Source: a virus
Lineage: Duplodnaviria > Caudoviricetes
Strand: one strand, 5' to 3'
IMG/VR virus record: IMGVR_UViG_2939311655_000001
Location: 24,577-88,576 of that record
DNA length: 64,000 nt
Shown: positions 54,322 through 62,638 of the stretch, piece by piece
How positions within the stretch are numbered: the first letter of the stretch is position 1
Layout of the letters: every line of letters starts with the position of its first letter
Translations under genes and position numbers: made by a program
Notes under the pieces: generated by a model
Seen by the model: the letters and a program-made list of their open reading frames with translations, nothing else
Told to the model about the DNA's origin: nothing
The model's database searches: none

Positions 54322-55158
54322 CTAGGCGTACTGGCGGTCAAGCCACGCGGGCGGCGAGATGAGTGCGGTGTCGGTGGTGTAGGCCGGCCAGTAGTCGGCG
54401 GCCCGGCAGGAGTCGTAGAGGAACAGCGCCTGCTCGCTGACCTGGTGGCCGATGTGCCGCCACAGGTCGAGGCGTGCGACCGTCACCAGGTACGGCGGTT
54501 CCTTCTCCTGGAAGATGAAGTGGAACGGGGTGTCGCGCGGGAGGACTCCGAGAGCGGCGGCGCCGCGGCGGTACCAGTCGTCTTGGACGTGGTACCCGTG
54601 CTCTTGGACGGCCTTCTGGATGGCGTCCGGGTGGGCAGACCGGGCCGACTTGTAGTCGACGATTCCGTCTTCGCGAAGCCAGTCGATGCGGCTGCGGCAC
54701 CACACGTTCCCGGTCTTCCAGAACATGGACTGCTCGGCGATCCCGCTGTCCGGGTGGAGAAGGTCCGCGGCCTCTGCGTGCTTGCTGAGGACGGTGGCCA
54801 TGTCGTGGACGCGCTGGAGGTCGGGCTTTTTGAGCGGGATGTTTCCGGCCTCGCGGATCTTGATGATGCGGGCCTTGATCTCGTTGGTGTCCCAGCGGGC
54901 GGCGTCGACGAGGACGAGTTCGGGGCCGTCGCCGAGAACGACCTTGTGGGCGGCGGTGCCGAAGTCGAACGCCGCCTTGTAGGGCTGCTGGTGGTCGAGG
55001 TCGTGTCGGAACTTCGCCGGGCACTTCGAGGTCAGGGCGCGGGCCCCGGTCGAAGAGAGGCTGCCGCCGGGCACGGGGTCGGCGTGGTACATCTCGGCCG
55101 GGATGTCGTAGACCCCAGGGACGACCTCTTCGACGGCCGGCTCGACGGTGGTGGTCAC
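54322..55158 (-). CDS. RecE-like PD-(D/E)XK exonuclease (DUF3799-like)
   Basis: YHADP....LSSTG, FGTAAH, CRSRID.L....IVDYKS, GYHVQ..WY, FIFQEKEPPY. Confidence 0.9.
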   Translation of the reverse strand: MTTTVEPAVEEVVPGVYDIPAEMYHADPVPGGSLSSTGARALTSKCPAKFRHDLDHQQPYKAAFDFGTAAHKVVLGDGPELVLVDAARWDTNEIKARIIKIREAGNIPLKKPDLQRVHDMATVLSKHAEAADLLHPDSGIAEQSMFWKTGNVWCRSRIDWLREDGIVDYKSARSAHPDAIQKAVQEHGYHVQDDWYRRGAAALGVLPRDTPFHFIFQEKEPPYLVTVARLDLWRHIGHQVSEQALFLYDSCRAADYWPAYTTDTALISPPAWLDRQYA

Positions 55159-55261
55159 TGGTTTTCCTCCTTGTCGAGGCAGGGTTCGCAGACGGGCCCT
55201 TCGGGTTTGCGTGCGAACGGGTCGGCGGGCTTGTGGCAGCGGGCGCAGATGATTTCGGTCA

Positions 55262-55501
55262 TCAGAACGGGATCCGTTCGGTCATCTGCCGGCTGGTGCG
55301 CGGCCAGATCGGGATCCGCCAGGCGATGAGGCCGGGGCACTGGCAGTCCTCCCAGTCGCCGTCGCCGCCGTCGGTGATGTAGCCGTGGCCGCCCGCCCCG
55401 TGGCAGTGGGTGCAGGCCGGGTTGGGCTTCGGTACGCGGGTGGCGTGAAGGGCTCGCTGGAAGATCTCGATGTGCCAGCGGCCGATACGGATGGGTTTCA
55501 T
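55262..55501 (-). CDS. Small zinc-finger protein
   Basis: P.P.CTHCHGAGG.......CQC. Confidence 0.6.
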   Translation of the reverse strand: MKPIRIGRWHIEIFQRALHATRVPKPNPACTHCHGAGGHGYITDGGDGDWEDCQCPGLIAWRIPIWPRTSRQMTERIPF

Positions 55502-55604
55502 GCGGTTCTCCTGGTGGTGTGGGGTGCTGCGGGCCGCCGTCGGGGGTCGGCGGCCCGCAGCAGACAGACGGAGCTGGGGGCTCGGACGTCTGCCGGTCGG
55601 TGGG

Positions 55605-55757
55605 CTACAGCAGGTCGTTGAGGATGAACTCGCCGCGCCAGACGAGGAGCAGGAGCACGGCTCCGACGACGGCCGCCCAGTGGGTGCTGTGGGTGATGCC
55701 GTAGGTGATGCCGGATCCTGCGGAGCCGAGAACGAACCCGACGAGGAAGCGCCTCAC
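55605..55757 (-). CDS. Small membrane protein
   Basis: 50-aa MRRFLVGFVLGSAG...VVGAVLLLLVW, GTGA-coupled to the vWA gene; not in the ORF track. Confidence 0.5.
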   Translation of the reverse strand: MRRFLVGFVLGSAGSGITYGITHSTHWAAVVGAVLLLLVWRGEFILNDLL

Positions 55758-56488
55758 CGCACGATCCCGGCGGCAGATGCGGCGGCAAGCCAGCCGGCGT
55801 ACTCGCGGGTCAGCCCGTCGTACAGCTGCCCGTCCGTGACTCGGTGCGGGTCCGCGGCGTGGAAGAACGACGCGTTGTCGACGGCCCGGCCGCGGAGGTC
55901 GTCGAGCTTCTCCAGGAACTCGACCCGGCCACCGAACCCGACGAACGCCCAGAAGATGGGGAGCTTCGACGCTTCCTTCAGCATCTGCTCAGTGGCCCGA
56001 CGGTCGTTCGGGGCTCCGTCGGTCTGGAAGATGACGAGCGCCGGGTCTGCGGCGCCGCTGAGCTGGTACTCGTCGATGACGTTTCGCATTGCTGCGACGT
56101 AGTCGGTGGTCCCCCACCCGACCGCGGTGTGGGTGCGGTCGATGACGCCCTGGTAGTTGTCGAGGCGGACGTCGAGCAACGCTTCGGCGTGGGAGGCGAA
56201 GTAGCCGACGGGCACGACGCCGTCGTCGTCGAGGTTCGCGGACAGGCCGAGGGCCTGGTCGGCGAGGCGCTGGACGCTGCCATCGCTGTAGAAGCGGCGC
56301 ATGCTGCCGGAGTGGTCGAGGACCAGGTATACGGCGGCCCGCTGACCGGTGAGCCCGGCCTTGTTGAGGCTGATCGCGGCGGTCTTCGTGAGGTTGACGA
56401 GGCCGGCCGGGACGTTGTCGAGGCTGATTGCCGGGCCGGCGCCTGTCGGGGCGGGAAGCGGGGTGGTGGTCTTCCGGAAGAGGGACAC
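55754..56488 (-). CDS. vWA domain protein (TerF-associated type)
   Basis: AAVYLVLDHSGSM (MIDAS DxSxS), LDDDG.VP, G.TDY..AM, VIFQTDG, PIFW.FVGFG, FLEKLDDL..R.VDNA.FF. Confidence 0.88.
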   Translation of the reverse strand: MSLFRKTTTPLPAPTGAGPAISLDNVPAGLVNLTKTAAISLNKAGLTGQRAAVYLVLDHSGSMRRFYSDGSVQRLADQALGLSANLDDDGVVPVGYFASHAEALLDVRLDNYQGVIDRTHTAVGWGTTDYVAAMRNVIDEYQLSGAADPALVIFQTDGAPNDRRATEQMLKEASKLPIFWAFVGFGGRVEFLEKLDDLRGRAVDNASFFHAADPHRVTDGQLYDGLTREYAGWLAAASAAGIVR

Positions 56489-56563
56489 GGTTCTCCTTGA
56501 GAGATGATTGGGGTGGGTGCCCCCGCCGAATTCGCCTCGGCGGGGGCGCTCGTGTGAGGCGGG

Positions 56564-57061
56564 TCAGTTGGCGTCGGCGAGTTCAGCGATCCGGTTGTGG
56601 GCGTCGTTGAAGTCGTCGGTGTCGAGGCCGCACCACGGGACGGTTTCGCTCATCGCGACGAGGACTTCGAGGGCGTTGAAGCCGCGCGCCTTGGCTGCCG
56701 CAGCCGCCTGTTCGATGTCGACGTCGGTGTAGCTGCCGTTGTTGCTGACGTCAGTAGCCGCACCGAGCAGCTGACTGCCGGGCTCGATGCACCAGACGTA
56801 GCTGAGCTGCGTGAACAGGTCTTCGCGGTCGACCTTGGCCTTGACCGTGTCGGCGTCCTGCGTCCAGTCGGTGAGCTTGGCCAGGAGTGCCGCCCCCTTC
56901 AGGGCGTTCTCGCGGCACATGGAGTCGGCGATTGCGAGGCCGCTGGGCTTGTGGCTGATGCGCCACCGATGCGGGTCGTTCGGCTTGTGGTCGGGGGCGA
57001 GGCGGAAGACAACGAGGCCGGGAGCGGCTTCCAGTGCCTGGTCGGGGATGGTGGTGTCCAC
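56564..57061 (-). CDS. Hypothetical protein
   Basis: PGLVVF.......WRISHKPSGLAI; AGGAG RBS. Confidence 0.7.
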   Translation of the reverse strand: MDTTIPDQALEAAPGLVVFRLAPDHKPNDPHRWRISHKPSGLAIADSMCRENALKGAALLAKLTDWTQDADTVKAKVDREDLFTQLSYVWCIEPGSQLLGAATDVSNNGSYTDVDIEQAAAAAKARGFNALEVLVAMSETVPWCGLDTDDFNDAHNRIAELADAN

Positions 57062-57124
57062 GGTTTCTCCTGAGAGTGGTTGGGCGCCGGGCCGACGGCC
57101 GGTGGCATCCGCCGGCCCGGCGGG

Positions 57125-57634
57125 TCATGCGACGCGCAGTGACTGCGTCGTCTCGCTGTCCGGTCCGGGCACCCAGGTGGGGGTGCGGGGGTCGTCCGCG
57201 GCAGGGGCGTCGGCGATGCGGATGACGGGGCTGATGCCGTGGGCTTCCCAGAGGGGGCGGACGTCGATCGGGCTGGTGGCCTGGTCGGCGCCGTCGCTGG
57301 TGTCGCGCTCGGCGGCCGGGACGGTGATGGCGTCCCGGTTGGCGTCGGCGGCCAGGTACGGGGCGAGCTGCTGCCGGAGTGACTCGTTCGTGGCGGTGAG
57401 CTGGTCGCGTTCCTCGGTGAGCTCGTTAACCTTGGCGCTGAGACAGACGACGACCTGCTCGGCCTCGGCCCGCTTGGCCCGGACGTCGGCGAGGGTTCCG
57501 TCGGCGAGCGCGATGTAGTCGTGCGCCCCGATCAGCTGCCCGCGGAGGCGCCGGTTCTCGTCCTGAAGGTCGGCCACCTTGTCGACGGCGCGGTGCTTCG
57601 GCTTGGGGCGGCGTATGCCGAGGTGGAGGCTCAT
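57125..57634 (-). CDS. Coiled-coil hypothetical protein
   Basis: KHRAVDKV...ANRDAITVP...RDT....DQAT.PIDVRPLW. Confidence 0.7.
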   Translation of the reverse strand: MSLHLGIRRPKPKHRAVDKVADLQDENRRLRGQLIGAHDYIALADGTLADVRAKRAEAEQVVVCLSAKVNELTEERDQLTATNESLRQQLAPYLAADANRDAITVPAAERDTSDGADQATSPIDVRPLWEAHGISPVIRIADAPAADDPRTPTWVPGPDSETTQSLRVA

Positions 57635-57722
57635 GACTTGCCCTTTCGGGTCCAGAGGCTGGGGGCCGCCGCCATGACGCAGAGGACGGCGCCGATGACG
57701 GTGGCGGTGATCGTGTAGCCGT

Positions 57723-58013
57723 TCACCGGACGGTCGACGGGTGATCGCAGTGGCCGAGGAAGCACGGCTTGGCCTGCTCGTCCCACTGCTGCGGGGAGAG
57801 CAGCAGGTGCTGCATGCCGTGCTTCTCGTCCTTGGCCTGCTGCCGCTTCGTGGACGACCACTCGCGTTGCGCCTGCTGCGGGGTGGCGATCAGGTCGTCA
57901 CCGAGGTCCGGGCGAACCGAACCGACCGCGCAGCCAACCGAGTTGACCCGCACCCAGAAGCAGTCGACGAGCGGGAGCGTGTCTCCGTCGATCTCGACCA
58001 TGAGGTTCGTCAT
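57723..58013 (-). CDS. Hypothetical protein
   Basis: LMVEIDG...PL.DC.WV....GC; coupled to neighbours. Confidence 0.65.
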   Translation of the reverse strand: MTNLMVEIDGDTLPLVDCFWVRVNSVGCAVGSVRPDLGDDLIATPQQAQREWSSTKRQQAKDEKHGMQHLLLSPQQWDEQAKPCFLGHCDHPSTVR

Positions 58014-58447
58014 CGGGCACCGCCGCGGGTGAGGGTGCTGATGAAGCGGCGGAACCCGGTCTGTTCCAGCGGGGACGGGGCGAGGACGGATCCCGGGGCA
58101 ATCGGCACCGGTGCCGAAGCGGACTGGGCTGCCAGGCGCTCCCGATACTTCGGGTACGTCTCGTACAGACCGGAGGCCACGCTCTCCGCGTAGTCCGGGT
58201 CGACATCCACGGCAATCCGGAGCTCGGTGTGCGTCGGACGCGGCGAGATCGGAATCAGCGGGCCGTGGTCCCAGTACAGGGTGGGCAGCGGGATCAGGGT
58301 CTGGCAGTCGACCCGATCGGTGTGCTGCCGCATCAGGGGCTCGCCGCCCTCAGTTGTGTTGCCGGTCCACGTCCACTCGACGCCCGTAACGTCTGCGTAG
58401 GTCAAGGCCAAGTCGAAGGTGACACCCTCGTGCACGTAGGTGTTCAT
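58010..58447 (-). CDS. phiSA1p31-like hypothetical protein
   Basis: FDL...Y.D.TG..W.WTG.....GEPLM.......LP.LY..HGPLI. Confidence 0.65.
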   Translation of the reverse strand: MNTYVHEGVTFDLALTYADVTGVEWTWTGNTTEGGEPLMRQHTDRVDCQTLIPLPTLYWDHGPLIPISPRPTHTELRIAVDVDPDYAESVASGLYETYPKYRERLAAQSASAPVPIAPGSVLAPSPLEQTGFRRFISTLTRGGAR

Positions 58448-58746
58448 GCCGCCACCGACCCATCGCGCTGGACCGGTACACCGATGTGACGGACACCGTC
58501 CTCCGCAGCCACCTGGGCGGCGACGTCGGCCCGCGCGTCCTGCTCCTCGCGCCAGTCCGCCAGCTCCTCGGCAGCGGCGGCGATCCTGCGCAGCACCTCC
58601 GGGGAGGCGTCGACCACGTCGATTCCGAGAGCGTTACCGATCCGCAGCGTTGCGAACTCGCGGCCCTCGTAGCCGGTGCGGTACGCGGTCTCAACCTGGT
58701 CGTCAGCGGCGAGGCTGACCCCAACGACTCCGGTCACGCGGCTCAT
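58444..58746 (-). CDS. Hypothetical protein
   Basis: 100 aa; AGGAGG RBS; ATGA-coupled. Confidence 0.65.
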   Translation of the reverse strand: MSRVTGVVGVSLAADDQVETAYRTGYEGREFATLRIGNALGIDVVDASPEVLRRIAAAAEELADWREEQDARADVAAQVAAEDGVRHIGVPVQRDGSVAA

Positions 58747-58945
58747 GAGGTCCTCCTGCGGGTGCTGGTGTGGTGGTGGAATTCGGTGAACGGGCGGGTG
58801 GTGGCGTCCGGGTCGGCGTCGTACAGGAGGTGCCGGAACTCGGCGGCCACTCCCGAGGCGATGCGGCGGGCGGCCTGCTCTGCCAGCTCCTGCTCGACGT
58901 CGGCGACGGGCACGTCCAGGGCGGCGATGCTGCGGGGCAGGGTCG

Positions 58946-59815
58946 TCATGACGTCACCGCCGCAATGTCCTCGGCGCCACGCACAGCGGCGAAGTGGTCG
59001 GCGACCAGGCGCCGCACCATCGGCATGTCGTCGGCCTGGGCGGCGGTACGGATCGCCGACAACGTCTCGGCCGGCGACGCCGGCTCCGGCGCATCCTTCC
59101 GGGCGGCGTCGTACTGGGCGATGGCCCACACGGCCGCGTGGCACTGGTAGACGAAGTGGTAGGTCAGCTTGCTGACGTGCCACTCGGTGCAGTCGTCGAA
59201 GGCGAACCCGCCGGACTGGCGAACCTTCACCACGTGCTTCTTGCCGCCGGCCGGGTGCTCCCGCGCCTCCCACAAGGTGGCGCCGTAGTAGGAGTCGGCC
59301 TCGCCGCCGGACATGCCGCACGAGCACTCGGCCCGCCACGTCACTCCGTGCTCGAACTCACTGATCAGCTGGAAGGCGGCGCCCTCGTTGTCGAGGATGT
59401 GGCTGTCCAGGATCTTCTCGCGGACCGCCTGCTCTAGCCCTTCCGGCGCCCAGTCGTCCTGGATCGCCTCGGCGACCAGCTCCTTGATCTGGGCTTCCAT
59501 CAGGCTGCGGTCGTACTCGCGGACCGAGTTGCCACCGTCGACGAGCTTGCTCGCCCAGGAATTCGGGTCAACGCGGAGACCGCGCAGCCACGCGAACATG
59601 TCCTCGGTGTCGGGGCCGAACCGCTCGAAGTGGAACGAGCCGTGCGAACCGGCGACCAGCAGGTTGTACGGCCACGTCACAATGACCAGGCGGTTCATCG
59701 ACTTCGGGGCGGCGAACTCGATGTGGCGGAACAGGCCGTCCTCGCGCTGGGCCGTGAGCTTGGCCTCGGCGAAGTCGCTGCGGAAGTGGCCGGCGATACG
59801 GGCGTACTCGCTCAT
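58946..59815 (-). CDS. Conserved hypothetical phage protein
   Basis: EDGLFRHI.F.......IVTWP..L.V.G..G...F......DMF..R.......WA.KL...F...CHA..WAI..YD. Confidence 0.75.
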   Translation of the reverse strand: MSEYARIAGHFRSDFAEAKLTAQREDGLFRHIEFAAPKSMNRLVIVTWPYNLLVAGSHGSFHFERFGPDTEDMFAWLRGLRVDPNSWASKLVDGGNSVREYDRSLMEAQIKELVAEAIQDDWAPEGLEQAVREKILDSHILDNEGAAFQLISEFEHGVTWRAECSCGMSGGEADSYYGATLWEAREHPAGGKKHVVKVRQSGGFAFDDCTEWHVSKLTYHFVYQCHAAVWAIAQYDAARKDAPEPASPAETLSAIRTAAQADDMPMVRRLVADHFAAVRGAEDIAAVTS

Positions 59816-60651
59816 GACGCCCTCCGGTCCTGCTGCTGCGGCACCGACGGGAGGATGGTCTGCACCGGGTAGTCCGCGGCGTAGTGGCGGGCCCACGTCA
59901 GCTCGAACACCGGGCGGTGTCGCTCCGTCCACGCCTTCGTCTCCCGCACCGACCCGTTCGACAGGTCCGTCTGGCGCTTTTCAGGGGCGTCGATCCCAAG
60001 CTCGTCACAGATCGCAACCGCACGCCGGCCGAACCACGACTGCACCGAGTCGACCTGCTTGCGCTTCAGCCCGAGCCCCTTCAGGAAGTCCGGGACGTAC
60101 AAGGGGACATCGAGCGGGTCGATCTCCGGCTCCTCGCCGAGGGCGCGGGCGGCCACGAGGCGGCCCTTCGTCTCCAGCCACACCGGCGAGACGATCCCCG
60201 ACAGGATGCTGAGGACCTCGGCCTGCTGCTTCGCCCGGGCGATCAGCGAATCCAGCTGCTCCTCCGACGCACGCGGGTTGATCGCCCCGCCCTGCGTCCA
60301 GTACGCCTCGATCGCATCCGCCGTCTCGTTCTGGAAGGCGACCAGGGTGTCCCGATGGGCTGCGGCGACGCGGTTCTCGTTCACCGTGGCCAGGAGCATG
60401 AGGAAGGTGCGCACCGGTACGACGGCCATCGGGCGGACCTTGCCGTCATCGGCAACCATGGGGCTCTGCCCCACGGTTGCCCAGGAGCGAGTCCTGAGCT
60501 TCGCGAGCTGGGTCGAGTAGTCGAGCCCCAGCTCCTCGACGGCCGGCTTCAGCACGATGTGCGGCTGCCCGTCGATCAGAGTGGTCTGGATGGAGCCGGC
60601 GGACAGGTCGAGCTGTACGACCTCGCCCGGGCTAGTGGATGATGTAGGCAT
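59812..60651 (-). CDS. Phage antirepressor (P22 Ant N-terminal domain)
   Basis: IDGQPHIVLKPAVE.LGLD..TQ..KL.........ADDGK.R.M.......MLLATV..NRV......L..FQ.E..DA...YW..G.AINPR. Confidence 0.85.
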   Translation of the reverse strand: MPTSSTSPGEVVQLDLSAGSIQTTLIDGQPHIVLKPAVEELGLDYSTQLAKLRTRSWATVGQSPMVADDGKVRPMAVVPVRTFLMLLATVNENRVAAAHRDTLVAFQNETADAIEAYWTQGGAINPRASEEQLDSLIARAKQQAEVLSILSGIVSPVWLETKGRLVAARALGEEPEIDPLDVPLYVPDFLKGLGLKRKQVDSVQSWFGRRAVAICDELGIDAPEKRQTDLSNGSVRETKAWTERHRPVFELTWARHYAADYPVQTILPSVPQQQDRRAS

Positions 60652-60740
60652 GGTCTGCCCTTCTCTTAGGAGAGTGCTGCGGGTAGATCTGGAGGTCATC
60701 CCGAGGCTTGGCAGTTACGGGGTGGCCTCTTTTGCTGCGG

Positions 60741-61052
60741 TCAGGCAGCGGCGGGGTGCTGGGTGGGCCGCTTAGCGCGGAGCCGGCGGGGCTCCGGGGG
60801 GCGGCTGTTGTGCGCCGCGCCGGTGTCCGGGGCCGGGTTCCGCTGGGCGTCGAACCAGGCGTTGATGCCGTCAGGGCCGTCGAGCGGGAAGGCGAGCTTC
60901 CGGCCGATGGGGAAGGCTCCTGCGGACGGCGCCTCGCTCTTGTAGCGGAGGTTGTAGAGCGTCTTCACGCTCAGGCCGGTGAGGCGTGATGCCTCCTCGA
61001 TCCAGACGTGTCCGGGCGGGGCAGGCGGGGGGTTCTGGCTGGACCTGGGCAC
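60741..61052 (-). CDS. AlpA/excisionase-like HTH protein
   Basis: IEEASRLTGLSVKTLYNLR......P....GRKL.F......W. Confidence 0.75.
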   Translation of the reverse strand: MPRSSQNPPPAPPGHVWIEEASRLTGLSVKTLYNLRYKSEAPSAGAFPIGRKLAFPLDGPDGINAWFDAQRNPAPDTGAAHNSRPPEPRRLRAKRPTQHPAAA

Positions 61053-61096
61053 TGGTTACTCCTTCCTGGGTATTGCTTCCGAATGACACGTCGTCC

Positions 61097-61339
61097 CTAT
61101 CTCGGGGACGACGGGGGCATGAAGAGGACCAGCACGGCGACCCCGAGGGCCTCCGATATCTGGTGCGCTTCATGGACGGGCAGGTCAGGCAGTTCGCCGC
61201 TCACGAGGCGACCGACCTGAGATCGAGAGATTCCGCAAGCTTCAGCGAGGGTCCGGACTGAGTACGGAGCTCCGCGACCTGGGTGTTCCATGACCCATTT
61301 GAGGACTGCAAGATCTCTGAGTTCATAGCGCACGATCAA
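61097..61339 (-). CDS. Cro-like XRE regulator
   Basis: YSVRTLAEACGISRSQVGRLVSGE.......A..I.EALGV...VLF; divergent from the repressor. Confidence 0.8.
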   Translation of the reverse strand: MIVRYELRDLAVLKWVMEHPGRGAPYSVRTLAEACGISRSQVGRLVSGELPDLPVHEAHQISEALGVAVLVLFMPPSSPR

Positions 61340-61584
61340 TGGATCTCCCGTGGTGCGGTGATGCCCTTCACTGCCCTTGAGTTAACTCTCTCCGGGACGA
61401 TTCGTCAACACTTCAGGGACGACCGGATCCCGAGTGTCGGCCGAGTCCTTGGCTGGATAGCATTGATCTATAGACGATCCGTCCCAAGTCCAGGATGGTT
61501 GTACAGACTGACCTGCAATTTTCCGGGCAATCAGTGACATCTAGAGAGACAGTCGGTACTGACGTGACACGAAAGGAAGAGGAC

Positions 61585-62016
61585 ATGACGGCCGCAGCGA
61601 CCGCTGAGGACCACCGCCCCACCGGACCCTCAACCATGGGTGCGCTGTCGAGACTCATCCAAGAAGCCCAGGAAAGCGGGCTCTCCTACCAGGACATGGC
61701 CAACCGTGCGATCGACCACGAGACCGGCACCCGCCTCGTGAAGCAGGCCCTACAGAAGCTCGTCAAGACGCCGCCGGTGAACCCTCCACTACTCCCCCAG
61801 CTGAAGGCCATCGCCAACGGCACGGGTGTGCCGCTGAGACGGGTTAAGGAAGCCGCAGCGGACCAGTGGCTGGATTACGAGGCAACCGAGCTGGCCGGCT
61901 ACGGCGACGAGGTCCGCATCATCGTCAGCCACCTCGGCGGCATGTCCCCTCAGGAGCAGAGGCGCTGGCGCGCAATGATCGAAGCTGACGAGCGAGCCAA
62001 GCGTGAAGGCGAGTAG
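61585..62016 (+). CDS. CI-like immunity repressor
   Basis: GLSYQDMA.RAID........L..L.......P....L.AIA.G.GVP...VKEAAA.QW; divergent from cro and upstream of integrase. Confidence 0.75.
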   Translation: MTAAATAEDHRPTGPSTMGALSRLIQEAQESGLSYQDMANRAIDHETGTRLVKQALQKLVKTPPVNPPLLPQLKAIANGTGVPLRRVKEAAADQWLDYEATELAGYGDEVRIIVSHLGGMSPQEQRRWRAMIEADERAKREGE

Positions 62017-62173
62017 CAGGATCAGCGACAGCTGATGCCCGCCTGACCGAAAGATGCTGCAAGTAGACAATTCCTGAACTGATTGTCGACTACCCGTAAC
62101 TAGTCGTACCCTTCCACAACGTGCGCATATGACCAACCCGTCACATGCGCACCCACTAACGGGAGGGCGCCCT

Positions 62174-62617
62174 ATGCTGCGCGCTGTATACGAAGCCGCC
62201 GACCTTGGCCCGGGACTCATCTCTGACTGGCGCGAAGACCGCGGTCTGCTCCAGATCAGTGTCGCCCGCCACGCGACACCCCCGCAGTTCACGCAAGCCC
62301 TGAACCGCACTCTCGCTGCCGTTCTGGCCGGTGCGCACTGGTACCAGGTGTGGAGAGGGGAGGTCGTCTCGATCGCCTCCCCCTCAAGCCCGCTCCGGGT
62401 ACGCTTCCAGATCTCCGATTTCAACCCGGCGCCACTCGTCGAGATACGCGAGCGCAAGGGTCTGGTCACCGTGCACGTGTCCCCCACTGCACAGGTCGAC
62501 GAGTTCGTACACGCGCTCAACCCCGCCCTGGAGGAACTCCTCGCTGGCGGGCAGTGGTTCCAGCACTGGGAAGGGGAGATCGTCACCATGGACTCCCCCG
62601 AAGCGGCGCTCGTATAG
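62174..62617 (+). CDS. Hypothetical protein with internal tandem duplication
   Basis: Two ~70-aa halves ending W.Q.W.GE.V...SP; GGGAGG RBS. Confidence 0.7.
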   Translation: MLRAVYEAADLGPGLISDWREDRGLLQISVARHATPPQFTQALNRTLAAVLAGAHWYQVWRGEVVSIASPSSPLRVRFQISDFNPAPLVEIRERKGLVTVHVSPTAQVDEFVHALNPALEELLAGGQWFQHWEGEIVTMDSPEAALV

Positions 62618-62638
62618 GCGCCCACAGGAGGGCACGGC

